DNA of 52,439 nucleotides, taken from positions 1 to 52,439 of the IMG/VR virus record IMGVR_UViG_3300031772_000049; one strand, written 5' to 3'. Made by a program: the position numbers and the translations under genes. Shown piece by piece: positions 1-9,172 of this stretch. A model generated the notes under the pieces. That model had not been told where the DNA came from. It did no database searches and saw only the letters and a list, made by a program, of their open reading frames with translations. Each line of letters opens with the position of its first letter. The stretch's first letter is position 1. The stretch comes from a virus. Taxonomy: Duplodnaviria > Caudoviricetes.

Positions 1-1
1 A

Positions 2-112
2 GCTATAAAAAAAGCAGCGATGCGAAAAGCCAAAGAAGAGAATAGATCGTTGTCCGGATATATCAAGCATATACTTGTACAATCACTGAATACATCAAAA
101 ACTAATCAATAA
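2..112 (+). CDS. 5'-truncated ribbon-helix-helix/Arc-like DNA-binding protein
   Basis: Manual translation ...KAAMRKAKEENRSLSGYIKHIL...*; the AxxENRSLSxYI pattern is typical of RHH proteins. Confidence 0.45.
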   Translation, partial: AIKKAAMRKAKEENRSLSGYIKHILVQSLNTSKTNQ

Positions 113-131
113 ATAACCGGGGAGGGTTTCT

Positions 132-2231
132 ATGAATACGCTTGAATTTATTAAAAGGGTGCAGGGTGAGTCACGCACATGGTTCGAATCCCGTACTGAG
201 GATGGGTCTTTTACTTTAAAAAAATCAGGCTACTATATAGGGATACCCGATTGGATCGAAAGTGAACAGGAAAAGGACCGGGGAATATTTTTCACCCCGG
301 ACGTATTAAATGGAAAAGAACGCAATTCGGACAACGCAATATCATTTAATTCATGCTTTATTGATTTAGACAACGCGCCCATTCCTGGAAAGTTTATTCT
401 TGAACCCTCCGTTATCATATCCCGTCAAGACAAACGCGGGCATCATTTATACTGGTTACTGTCCGCGCCTTCTGCGGACAAAAAACGATGGAAGGACACG
501 CAAAAAAAGATTGTATATACCTATCCGGGAAGCGACCTGTCTATAGTATCCGCAGGGCACTTAATGCGGTTACCCGGAACCTGGAATAAAAAGAAAGAGA
601 AATATGATCAAACATTCGAAATAAAAGTATATAACCCACACATTACCTACACACTCGAGGAACTTTTCGAAGCCCATAAAGATGAAAATGAGATAAAGGC
701 CAAACATAGAAAGGAGGCGGTCAAGAAATACTTAAATGAATGGCCGTATAAAAATGGGGATCAGCGCGAACCGGTTATTTTTAATTACGGCCTCTTCCTG
801 ACACGAAAAAAATCATTTAATACCCTGACCGTTATCGAACATGAACTGGAAAAAATAAATACTTCATATATACACGAGGTGCCGAGGGCCGTTATAGAAC
901 AAAAAGCGTTAAGTATATTCGCACAGGTGGCCCGTATAGAGGCAGCTGAAGTAGAAGAAAATGAACATATAAAAAATGATATGAAATCCCATCTTGAAGA
1001 CTGGTATTATGTATACGCACAAGATATTTTTATAAATAGTAAACGTCCCAAACAATACAGAACCCGTGAAGGGTTTAATCATAACTTTGCATCGATCGCG
1101 CAGAAAGGGTCCGCCTCAATGTTTGTCGCGGTTAATAATCTTATCAAATCAGTTGAAAGTCTGGCATACGAACCCGCAGAACCCCGCATTATAGATATTG
1201 ACGAGCTACCGTACTTTAATACCTGGACACCCTCAAGTCTCATGCCGATAGATGCGCACCCTGATTGGTTTATTGCCCATCTTGAATATCTGATTCCCGT
1301 AAAAGAAGAACGCGAACACATGCTAAACTATATTGCATATATAATACAAACGAATAAAAAAGTTTTACATGCAATAGTCATGATTGGGCCTGAAGGGACA
1401 GGAAAAAGTTTTGTAGGCCGGACGTTGCGAAAAATAGTAGGGCCCCAAAATTATAAAGAGCCCCGCAATTCTTCATTACATGAAAATTATACCGGGTGGG
1501 CAAAGGACTGTCAAATCGTATGGATCAACGAATTAAAACAAGGAGACCGATATGAACTCGCCGAAAAATTAAAACCCTTCATTACCGAACCCACAATAGA
1601 GATTCGCGAGATGCACCGAATGCCATATGAAATTACCAATCACATGAATATAATTGCCGCGTCAAATCATGACATCCCCGTATTCTTAACCGAAGGGGAA
1701 CGCCGATATTTTATCACCGAAACAACACACGAGAAAAAGCCGCCCGAATATTATATTGATCTACTTGAAAAAATAAATACTCGTGCAGGGGAGGTTATGA
1801 ATTTTTTATTAAATCGCGATATATCAGATTTCAATCCGGGGCTTGCACCAATGATCACCGCAGCAAAAAATGCAATTATAGAATACAGTAAAAGCGACCT
1901 CGAAATACGTATTTATGATATGATAGAATTATGTAAACACCCCTTTGATATTGACGTAGTAAATTTAACTGAAATAACCGATTATATGCGGGCAGAATTA
2001 AGGGACAAATATATTACAATCAATAGGGTAGCGTTGATATTGCGTAAACTGGAACATATTCGAATAGACTTCCCTATTAAAATAGAAGGAAAAAAAATAC
2101 GATTATGGATAATACGAGAATACGACAGGTGGAAAAAACGGATAGGTGATGAAACTTTTGAAAAAGAATATCTAGAAATGAAAAAATTACAAGAAGAGAA
2201 AGCACAAACATTTGGCCAGGGAAACCACTAA
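132..2231 (+). CDS. Primase-helicase (N-terminal RepB/AEP-like primase, C-terminal SF3/DUF5906 helicase)
   Basis: FIDLD, GHHLYW and MRLPGTWN primase motifs; Walker A GPEGTGKS, WINE, ASNH, ERRY. Confidence 0.85.
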   Translation: MNTLEFIKRVQGESRTWFESRTEDGSFTLKKSGYYIGIPDWIESEQEKDRGIFFTPDVLNGKERNSDNAISFNSCFIDLDNAPIPGKFILEPSVIISRQDKRGHHLYWLLSAPSADKKRWKDTQKKIVYTYPGSDLSIVSAGHLMRLPGTWNKKKEKYDQTFEIKVYNPHITYTLEELFEAHKDENEIKAKHRKEAVKKYLNEWPYKNGDQREPVIFNYGLFLTRKKSFNTLTVIEHELEKINTSYIHEVPRAVIEQKALSIFAQVARIEAAEVEENEHIKNDMKSHLEDWYYVYAQDIFINSKRPKQYRTREGFNHNFASIAQKGSASMFVAVNNLIKSVESLAYEPAEPRIIDIDELPYFNTWTPSSLMPIDAHPDWFIAHLEYLIPVKEEREHMLNYIAYIIQTNKKVLHAIVMIGPEGTGKSFVGRTLRKIVGPQNYKEPRNSSLHENYTGWAKDCQIVWINELKQGDRYELAEKLKPFITEPTIEIREMHRMPYEITNHMNIIAASNHDIPVFLTEGERRYFITETTHEKKPPEYYIDLLEKINTRAGEVMNFLLNRDISDFNPGLAPMITAAKNAIIEYSKSDLEIRIYDMIELCKHPFDIDVVNLTEITDYMRAELRDKYITINRVALILRKLEHIRIDFPIKIEGKKIRLWIIREYDRWKKRIGDETFEKEYLEMKKLQEEKAQTFGQGNH

Positions 2232-2266
2232 AAAATAAGAATAAAAAGACACTAATACCTTACAAA

Positions 2267-2682
2267 CTGGAACACCACTTTTTAGAATGGGGGTTAAAAT
2301 AAATAGAAAAGGCTAAAAATCGAGCGCCGCACATGCCTATAAAGTAAGAAAAAACATAAAAGGATTTTGTGTTTTTAAAAAAACGTCAAAAAATTAAAAA
2401 TGAATACAAAAACATATGTATAGTGGTGTTCCAGAAAAAGGCGAAATCCGTCAAAAAGGGGGCTAAAAAGCCCTTATTTATATTCATATTAATATTATTA
2501 TATATAATTATATATCACTGGAACACCGGAACACCGGAACACCACTTTATACTCAGGATAAGGCAAAAATAGGTACATAAACATTTTCCGACATTGTATA
2601 GAGGATATGTCGGAAAATGTTTATGGTGAAAAAAAAGGTTATACAAACTTAAAAGTGGTGTTCCGGTGTTCCGGTGTTCCAG
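2267..2682. repeat. Origin-like region: GGAACACC iterons, AT-rich tract and nested inverted repeats
   Basis: 31-bp perfect IR 2518-2548/2652-2682 (3x GGAACACC per arm); concentric 19-bp IR 2576-2594/2607-2625; 13-bp IR 2267-2279/2422-2434; AT tract about 2475-2515. Confidence 0.8.
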
Positions 2683-2708
2683 AGGGATATTTGAGGGATA
2701 TTTTTTCC

Positions 2709-2737
2709 TTGCTTTTTTTTACTTTGTTTCATATAAT
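2709..2737 (+). promoter_or_regulatory. Sigma70-like promoter, probably giving a leaderless transcript starting at ATG 2744
   Basis: TTGCTT-17 nt-TATAAT, with ATG 7 nt downstream. Confidence 0.55.
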
Positions 2738-2743
2738 TTGTGT

Positions 2744-3130
2744 ATGATCATATTAAAAAGCCGAATCAAGAAATTTATTGACAAGGTGCGGGCACGGGAA
2801 CGAGCTTTAATCGGTACCGATTGGCAGCGTAAAATTGATACGGCGTTATATACTCAAAAAGAATTATTCGAGATTCTACTCCATGAAAAAAATCTGGAAA
2901 TAGAAACATTGAACACAATCATCGATCAAAATAAAAAATTCATTGAGGACGCATATGCCAGGGAAGCGAACTCAAAAAAAATATTATTGCGGGCCCGCGA
3001 AATCGCCGCATGTATCGATTTTGAATTTAAAAGATATCTTGAAAACTCAGCGCGTGCCATGACTCAATTTGATAAAATAAGAAATGATACGGATATATTT
3101 ACAAAAAAACTTTTAAGTGAAAAATTATGA
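2744..3130 (+). CDS. Hypothetical coiled-coil protein
   Basis: ORF track 2666-3130; start moved to the ATG after the promoter. Confidence 0.5.
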   Translation: MIILKSRIKKFIDKVRARERALIGTDWQRKIDTALYTQKELFEILLHEKNLEIETLNTIIDQNKKFIEDAYAREANSKKILLRAREIAACIDFEFKRYLENSARAMTQFDKIRNDTDIFTKKLLSEKL

Positions 3131-3645
3131 ATGAGACATTTAAAGATTATATAAAGAAGGTTGATCTGGTCGAGTGGAAAAAATTAAAGCCTTTTCAACC
3201 GGACGATTTTAAAAAGATTACAAAAGACCAATTGAATAAATTGAAAACCAGTTTATTAAGAAACGGATTAAAAAGTCCGTTTCTTGTCTGGCAAGATGGG
3301 AAGACTTTATGGTGTCTTGATGGACATACGAGAATACCTGTACTGAAATTACTTGAGGACGAGGGAGTTGATGTTCCTGAGAAATTGTCGGCGGTGTTTG
3401 TAGATTGCAAGACAAAGCAGGACGCCAAGAAAGCAATTTTGATTTATAATTCTCACTATGCAAGTATCCAGCAAGAGCCGCTATTTGATTTTATTCAGGA
3501 CTTGAATTTTGATGAAGTGCGGTGCGAAATTGACATTCCGAATGTATACCTCGATGCACATTTCGAATTTAAAAATACTGAAAAGGAAATATCGGGTGAT
3601 CTTGATACTAATGTTGAATGCCCGAAATGCGGGTACAAATGGTAA
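3127..3645 (+). CDS. ParB/Srx-like N-terminal domain protein with C-terminal CPKCG knuckle
   Basis: LDGHTR motif; common partner upstream of phage methyltransferases and terS. Confidence 0.7.
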   Translation: MNETFKDYIKKVDLVEWKKLKPFQPDDFKKITKDQLNKLKTSLLRNGLKSPFLVWQDGKTLWCLDGHTRIPVLKLLEDEGVDVPEKLSAVFVDCKTKQDAKKAILIYNSHYASIQQEPLFDFIQDLNFDEVRCEIDIPNVYLDAHFEFKNTEKEISGDLDTNVECPKCGYKW

Positions 3646-4637
3646 GCGAGTATACAGTAATTTCTACTTTTGCGGGATGCGGGGGAAGCTCTCTAGGTTA
3701 TAAATGGGCAGGGTATAAGGAAGTGCTTGCGGTTGAATGGGATTCTAATGCAGTAGAAACGTTTAAGTTGAATTTTCCTGAAGTTCCCATATATCATGAT
3801 GATATTAGAAATTTGTCTGGAAAAATTTGTTTAGAACTATCTAGTATGAATAAGGGGGAATTAGATATTTTTGATGGGTCTCCGCCGTGTCAAGGGTTTT
3901 CTCTTTCTAGAGGGAAAAGAAATGTATGTGACCCGCGAAATGATTTATTTCTTGAGTATGTTCGATTGATAAAAGAGTTGGGCCCAAAAATTTTTATTAT
4001 GGAAAATGTTTCAGGAATGATAAAAGGTAAAATGAAGGGAAAGTATCTTGAGATATGGGAAAATTTAATGCAATTAAATTATAATGTAAAATCAAAACTT
4101 ATGAATGCAATGTGGTATGACGTTCCCCAATCAAGAGAACGTATGTTTTTTATTGGCGTTCGAAAAGATTTAAATATCGTGCCATCATTTCCGCGACCTC
4201 TTGAGAAAGTGATTACTGTAAAAGAAGCCTTATTAAACGTTGAAGTAGGATTGGTACCAGAGTTTAATGATAAGTATTCTCTCTATTATGATAAAATTAA
4301 ATATTCTAAGTCGGCCCAAAGTATTATAGGAAAAGGTTTTAATAATTGTAAAAAAGTTCATCCAGAAAAGCCGAGTCCTACACTTTTAAAATTTCAGACA
4401 GGGAGGGGGTTCGCAACAACCGTTCATTATTCCGAGAAACGAGCATTATCAATAAATGAGGCTAAAAGGTTGTCAAGTTTTCCGGATGATTTTAAGTTTA
4501 TTGGGGGGTATTCCGAGCAATGGGCGCGAATAGGTAATTCAGTTATGCCTAAAATGATGTATCATATTGCTAAACATGTAAAAGAAAATATATTGGATTG
4601 TTATTATGCAACAGGTGGGAAGCCTGTAAAATTATAA
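3639..4637 (+). CDS. dcm: DNA (cytosine-5) methyltransferase
   Basis: FAGCGG, GSPPCQGFS, ENV, QSRER and IGNSV motifs. Confidence 0.95.
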   Translation: MVSEYTVISTFAGCGGSSLGYKWAGYKEVLAVEWDSNAVETFKLNFPEVPIYHDDIRNLSGKICLELSSMNKGELDIFDGSPPCQGFSLSRGKRNVCDPRNDLFLEYVRLIKELGPKIFIMENVSGMIKGKMKGKYLEIWENLMQLNYNVKSKLMNAMWYDVPQSRERMFFIGVRKDLNIVPSFPRPLEKVITVKEALLNVEVGLVPEFNDKYSLYYDKIKYSKSAQSIIGKGFNNCKKVHPEKPSPTLLKFQTGRGFATTVHYSEKRALSINEAKRLSSFPDDFKFIGGYSEQWARIGNSVMPKMMYHIAKHVKENILDCYYATGGKPVKL

Positions 4638-4654
4638 AAATCGGGTATTTCGCG

Positions 4655-5044
4655 ATGGCTGGACAAGGCATAGGTAAACGAGGTTATACAAAGCAAGAGG
4701 TCCTTAAAGCAATTAAGGGGACGTCTGGTATCATCACGAATATTGCAGCCACTTTAAAATGTGATTGGAATACTGCGGACAAGTATATTAAAATGTGGCC
4801 TGAGACTTTGCAAGCATATAGGGATGAAAAAGAAAAAATAGGGGATTTATGCGAGTCTAAATTATACCGGGCTATTCAAGCGGATAATATTGATGCGGCG
4901 AAATGGTATCTTTCTAAAAAACATAAAGAGCGTGGATACGGTGATAAAATAGAACTGACCGGGAAGATTGAACACTCAATTGAAACCGAGGAGCTTTTAA
5001 AATTTGCAGACCAATTCAAGAAATCTATCGATGAAAAAGGATAG
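4655..5044 (+). CDS. terS: Terminase small subunit
   Basis: N-terminal HTH, AAKWYL..K.RGY motif, directly upstream of terL. Confidence 0.75.
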   Translation: MAGQGIGKRGYTKQEVLKAIKGTSGIITNIAATLKCDWNTADKYIKMWPETLQAYRDEKEKIGDLCESKLYRAIQADNIDAAKWYLSKKHKERGYGDKIELTGKIEHSIETEELLKFADQFKKSIDEKG

Positions 5045-5058
5045 ATTTTTAAAATTAT

Positions 5059-5133
5059 TAGCCGTTCTCGCGGCTACATGGTGAGGGCGACAACAATGCC
5101 AGCTACTCACCAAACACTAAAATGTGACGAGAG
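5059..5133 (+). ncRNA. Dispersed tracr/omega-RNA-like scaffold fused to CRISPR-repeat 3' end (copy C)
   Basis: TAGCCG-TTCTCG-CGGCTA hairpin, GGTGAG...CTCACC stem, ends ATGTGACGAGAG (repeat end is ATGTGATGAGAG); homologous to 48375-48316 on the minus strand. Confidence 0.75.
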
Positions 5134-6430
5134 AAAAAGAAACCTAACGACTGACGATTTAAAGTTGTACATGCAATATCCCCATGTGCTCGGGCACGTC
5201 CTTGGCTATCCTGATTTAATCCCTCTACATTCTGAATGGATTGTCAATGCCTGGCTGAATAATAAATCATTTGCCATGCAGGCACATCGTAACTCATACA
5301 AAACTACCGCTATCATCGTGGTGGGCTGCGTATGGTATCTTTTGTTTTACGACCCTAATGCAACCATTTTAATTATTCGTAAGGCGGAGCAGGATGCACA
5401 GAAAATCGTGCAGACAATCCAATCTCATTTCTTAAACCCGGTCATTCAATTTTTGGGAAAACTTTTATATAAATGCGATACCCTACAATCAGAGCAGTGG
5501 TCAAGATCAAGTTTGAGACTATCAATTAAGACCACGCCGAGCCCTGAAGGTAATGTTGAGGCCAAGGGCACGTCATCGGCGGTGGTAGGGTCTCACTATG
5601 ACTTTATATTCCCTGATGACATTATTACCATACGGGACAGGGTATCAAAAGCTGAACGTGACTGGACAAAACTTTTTGTCAATGAGCTTTCAAACATCAA
5701 GAAAGAGGGCGGGAAAATTTTCTTTTCCGGTACCCCTTGGCATCCTGATGACGCGTGGAAAAATATCCCTGAGCCGAAAAAATATCCTATCGGGTCGGTC
5801 GATATCCCAGGATTTACGCAAGATGTTATTCAAAATAAAATAAAGGAATTAAAGCAAAGTAATTCCGTGTCCCTTTTTTCGGCGAACTATGAGCTCTCCC
5901 ATATTGCTGACATCGACCGGCTTTTTGGCGAACCTGATTACGCGCCATGGCCTGAAAGCTCATCGCAGATTATTGCATATCTGGACCCGGCGTATTCAGG
6001 GGACAATCACACGGCATTGGCTATGGGAGCCCGTCTGGATGCTTCTATTGTCGTATGCGGGTGGGTGTGGCGGCAAGACGTGACAGAGTTATATGATGTA
6101 ATAGTCAATATTTTAAATGATTACAAGTGCGGGACATTGTACGTGGAAACAAATGCCGATAAAGGATTGTCCGTTCGGGATTTTCAAAAGAAATATCCGT
6201 CAGTCATTGGTAGAAATGAGTCTCAAAATAAACACATAAAAATAGTTTCATTTGTAAAAAATAACTGGACAAAAATAAAATTTTCTGACACTATCAATAA
6301 TGATTTTTTAATGCAAGTTATGGAGTACCAAGAAGGACAAGAACCTGACGACGGGGTCGACGCCCTTTCTGGACTTTGCCGGGAAATGGGATTGTCTGGG
6401 TCCACCGAATTAAGAATGAGGTATATATAA
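5096..6430 (+). CDS. terL: Terminase large subunit
   Basis: AHRNSYKT Walker A variant, IFPDD Walker B, GTPWH, nuclease DPA...PDDGVDA; start uncertain (5078 or 5096, the latter has GGTGAGGG 8 nt upstream). Confidence 0.9.
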   Translation: MPATHQTLKCDERKRNLTTDDLKLYMQYPHVLGHVLGYPDLIPLHSEWIVNAWLNNKSFAMQAHRNSYKTTAIIVVGCVWYLLFYDPNATILIIRKAEQDAQKIVQTIQSHFLNPVIQFLGKLLYKCDTLQSEQWSRSSLRLSIKTTPSPEGNVEAKGTSSAVVGSHYDFIFPDDIITIRDRVSKAERDWTKLFVNELSNIKKEGGKIFFSGTPWHPDDAWKNIPEPKKYPIGSVDIPGFTQDVIQNKIKELKQSNSVSLFSANYELSHIADIDRLFGEPDYAPWPESSSQIIAYLDPAYSGDNHTALAMGARLDASIVVCGWVWRQDVTELYDVIVNILNDYKCGTLYVETNADKGLSVRDFQKKYPSVIGRNESQNKHIKIVSFVKNNWTKIKFSDTINNDFLMQVMEYQEGQEPDDGVDALSGLCREMGLSGSTELRMRYI

Positions 6431-6550
6431 AATGACGGTCGAATCGCTCGTAAAGATTGAAAACGAAATAAAAAATAAATATGATTTCAATACCCTCCGA
6501 AATAAAATACGACTGATTAAACTTGAGGAAAGGGCAGAGGTGCTGGCGAC

Positions 6551-6880
6551 ATGGACAATAATGGAAATGGAAACTTTGAGCGATTGCTTATGATACAAGA
6601 AAAAACGATCATGTCATGCGAGAAAATGGTGCATGGCATGGATATGTTAACTGTCGAAATGAAAGATCAAAGGGCTACCCTGAACGCCCGTCCGTGCGTG
6701 CTCGATACCGAAGAAATGACTCTTGTAAAAAATGACCTGGTCGACCTTAAAGATTTATTACAAAATAAAATTGATATAGTTGATGGAATACAACGATGGT
6801 TGAAACTCTGGACAGTTATCCTGACCTTGATCATTACCGGAGTTGGCCTGGCGTCGTTGTTTATTCGATTAAATAATTAG
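6551..6880 (+). CDS. Hypothetical protein with C-terminal transmembrane helix
   Basis: Coiled-coil followed by hydrophobic LWTVILTLIITGVGLASLFI. Confidence 0.5.
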   Translation: MDNNGNGNFERLLMIQEKTIMSCEKMVHGMDMLTVEMKDQRATLNARPCVLDTEEMTLVKNDLVDLKDLLQNKIDIVDGIQRWLKLWTVILTLIITGVGLASLFIRLNN

Positions 6881-6891
6881 GAGACATAATC

Positions 6892-7272
6892 ATGGCATTT
6901 ACTGAAAGTTTTTTTGGCCCGCATAACTGGCAGCACTTCAATTTTTACAAGACCGCTCCTGGAAGCGTATTATCATTTATAACCGAATCAATAAATATCT
7001 CCGCACCATGGAAGCTTCAAGAGCTTAGACTTCATTTTTCTACGGCCATGGGTTCGGTAAAATATCTTAATATCCGTGTGAGCTCGGTTGGCGGGTCTGC
7101 GCTGAATACAATCCTGCTCAGCCAGGACCTTAATGGCGTGCAGGACTTATACCTTCATTACAGCGATCCCATGTTATTTTTCAGCGATGATCAATTGGTT
7201 ATTACGACCAGCGTCATTTCCGTGGCGAACTGGTATGGGCTGCAAGTGATCGGATGGGCTGTTATAGACTAG
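6892..7272 (+). CDS. Hypothetical, probably a beta-sandwich virion protein
   Basis: Strong RBS AGGAGA; beta-rich composition. Confidence 0.5.
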   Translation: MAFTESFFGPHNWQHFNFYKTAPGSVLSFITESINISAPWKLQELRLHFSTAMGSVKYLNIRVSSVGGSALNTILLSQDLNGVQDLYLHYSDPMLFFSDDQLVITTSVISVANWYGLQVIGWAVID

Positions 7273-7282
7273 GAGATATGAA

Positions 7283-7720
7283 ATGTATCTTGTGATAAAT
7301 GGAATTGACCCGATACAAAAAATATTATCAGTAGTTGAAGCATCTTCAACAACCATCACATCCATATCTACCTCGACGTCAAGCGCGGATACTGTGGGGT
7401 CACATTCATACACTAACGTTGGTGGTGAGCAGACGGTGTATGAGTCCACGGTTGCAACTCGAAGGTTAATCCATGGTGTATGGATTGATTTGGTGAATAT
7501 GATAAAAGACGGCGTCATAAAACTATATTATAAAATAGACGGTACGAACTATCGCGAAATAAAATCATATACATTTACTGTGGCGACTGATTCCGACGGT
7601 GTATATATCGCACTAAGCCTAGGTGTAACAAATTCATGGAAGGTTACTTATACCGAGGGCGCGGATGAGGGTGCTGACCGTGCTATACCATATTCAGTAA
7701 TTTATGAGGTGAGGGAATAA
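7283..7720 (+). CDS. Hypothetical virion protein with Ser/Thr-rich linker
   Basis: RBS AGGAGA; ASSTTITSISTSTSSA segment. Confidence 0.5.
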   Translation: MYLVINGIDPIQKILSVVEASSTTITSISTSTSSADTVGSHSYTNVGGEQTVYESTVATRRLIHGVWIDLVNMIKDGVIKLYYKIDGTNYREIKSYTFTVATDSDGVYIALSLGVTNSWKVTYTEGADEGADRAIPYSVIYEVRE

Positions 7721-9162
7721 TGCCGGTACTGATTGAACAACCACCCACACCCACGGGGTTAAAATATCTTGGTACATGGAACGCGAGCTCGAATACCCCT
7801 GTTCTTGCGACTGGCGGTTCAGGTGGAAACATAAACGAGTTTTACGTGTGTAGTGTTGCAGATGCGTCATTCGCGGCGATCGATGGGATAACGTCGGCTA
7901 TCGTCGGTGACTGGATGCTGAATAACGGATCTGTGTGGCAGAAGGTGCCCTACACTGCACCGGCATCGCCTGACCCGCTTGCTAATACCTATCGCGTGTC
8001 ATCCACAGGTGGATCGTTTACAACTATACAGGCAGCCATTACTGCGATCAATTCCCTTGCTCATACTAATGGTGTGCGATTGGTTGTTGACGGCGGGATA
8101 TATACCATAGATGATACAATTATTATAAATTCAACCGTGAATTTAATGATCGAAGGAAGCGGGTATACTAGCACAATATTTAAAGCCGCAACCGGGCTTG
8201 AAAATAAACCAATGTTTGATATTCGATCTGCATGTAATTTTCTTCGCGTGGGGTTTGATGGGACGCTTGCGGGATGGGCGGCAACCACTGGCAGTTTTTT
8301 ATATTATAATACCACCGCACTTTTTAGCAGATTAAATGAGCTTGCTTTTGATACCGCACAAACAGGTATAAAAATAACAAAGGGAGTCGAAATTATTCTT
8401 ACAAACTTTATTTTTGATACGTGTACTACTGGTATATCAGTCAACACCACCGAGACACCAAAGTTGGATGTCGAGATAGGTGATTTTGTAGATTGCGCCA
8501 AGGGTATACATCTTATTAAGGCGGTGACAGGTGAGTTTATATTTATGGCACTTGTTTTTAAAAATCCTGCCCTTGGCGTTGGCATTACCTATGTGGGAGC
8601 GGATGTCACGTATACTTTATTTGATATTATGAACTGTATTCATAATTTCGTGGGTACGTTTTTATCCGGGTTTGATTTTACTATTGCGCGGGACGCTGAT
8701 ATTTATTTAAAATCAAATATCGGTGAAGAGGATAAAAAAGCACACGCAAAAATAAATCTAACCGGGGCGAGCGCAACCCAAAATTTGACGAGCAATACCC
8801 CTACTAAGATCACATATACAAATACTGATTCATACGCTTGTAAATTTACAATCGCTAACAATAAAATGACATACCTACCTACTAATTCATCCGATGTAAA
8901 TATGTGGGTATCTATAGCGTGCCAGACGACGACTAAAAATTCAACATTTACATTTGGGATTGTAAAAAATAATGTCACTACAACTTATTATGGTACTCAA
9001 AGTGTTACTTTTGATACTGATAATAAAACTCAAAACATGGCGACGAATATATATTTAGACGACGTGGCAAAAAATGATTATTTTGAGATTTTTTGCACCG
9101 CCGTTGGTGCAAATGAAACGATACGAATTGTTGACGTAAACTGGTTAGCAATAGCAGTATAG
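7720..9162 (+). CDS. Fibre/spike-like protein with pectate-lyase-like beta-helix
   Basis: N-terminal YLGTWNAS...VGDW...WQKV module; FTTIQAAI...GGIY...IEGSG beta-helix entry motif. Confidence 0.6.
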   Translation: MPVLIEQPPTPTGLKYLGTWNASSNTPVLATGGSGGNINEFYVCSVADASFAAIDGITSAIVGDWMLNNGSVWQKVPYTAPASPDPLANTYRVSSTGGSFTTIQAAITAINSLAHTNGVRLVVDGGIYTIDDTIIINSTVNLMIEGSGYTSTIFKAATGLENKPMFDIRSACNFLRVGFDGTLAGWAATTGSFLYYNTTALFSRLNELAFDTAQTGIKITKGVEIILTNFIFDTCTTGISVNTTETPKLDVEIGDFVDCAKGIHLIKAVTGEFIFMALVFKNPALGVGITYVGADVTYTLFDIMNCIHNFVGTFLSGFDFTIARDADIYLKSNIGEEDKKAHAKINLTGASATQNLTSNTPTKITYTNTDSYACKFTIANNKMTYLPTNSSDVNMWVSIACQTTTKNSTFTFGIVKNNVTTTYYGTQSVTFDTDNKTQNMATNIYLDDVAKNDYFEIFCTAVGANETIRIVDVNWLAIAV

Positions 9163-9172
9163 GATTATACAA

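Noticed and set aside
2369-2572. 67-aa ORF in the origin-like region
   Set aside because: Runs through iterons and an AT tract with no RBS; probably non-coding
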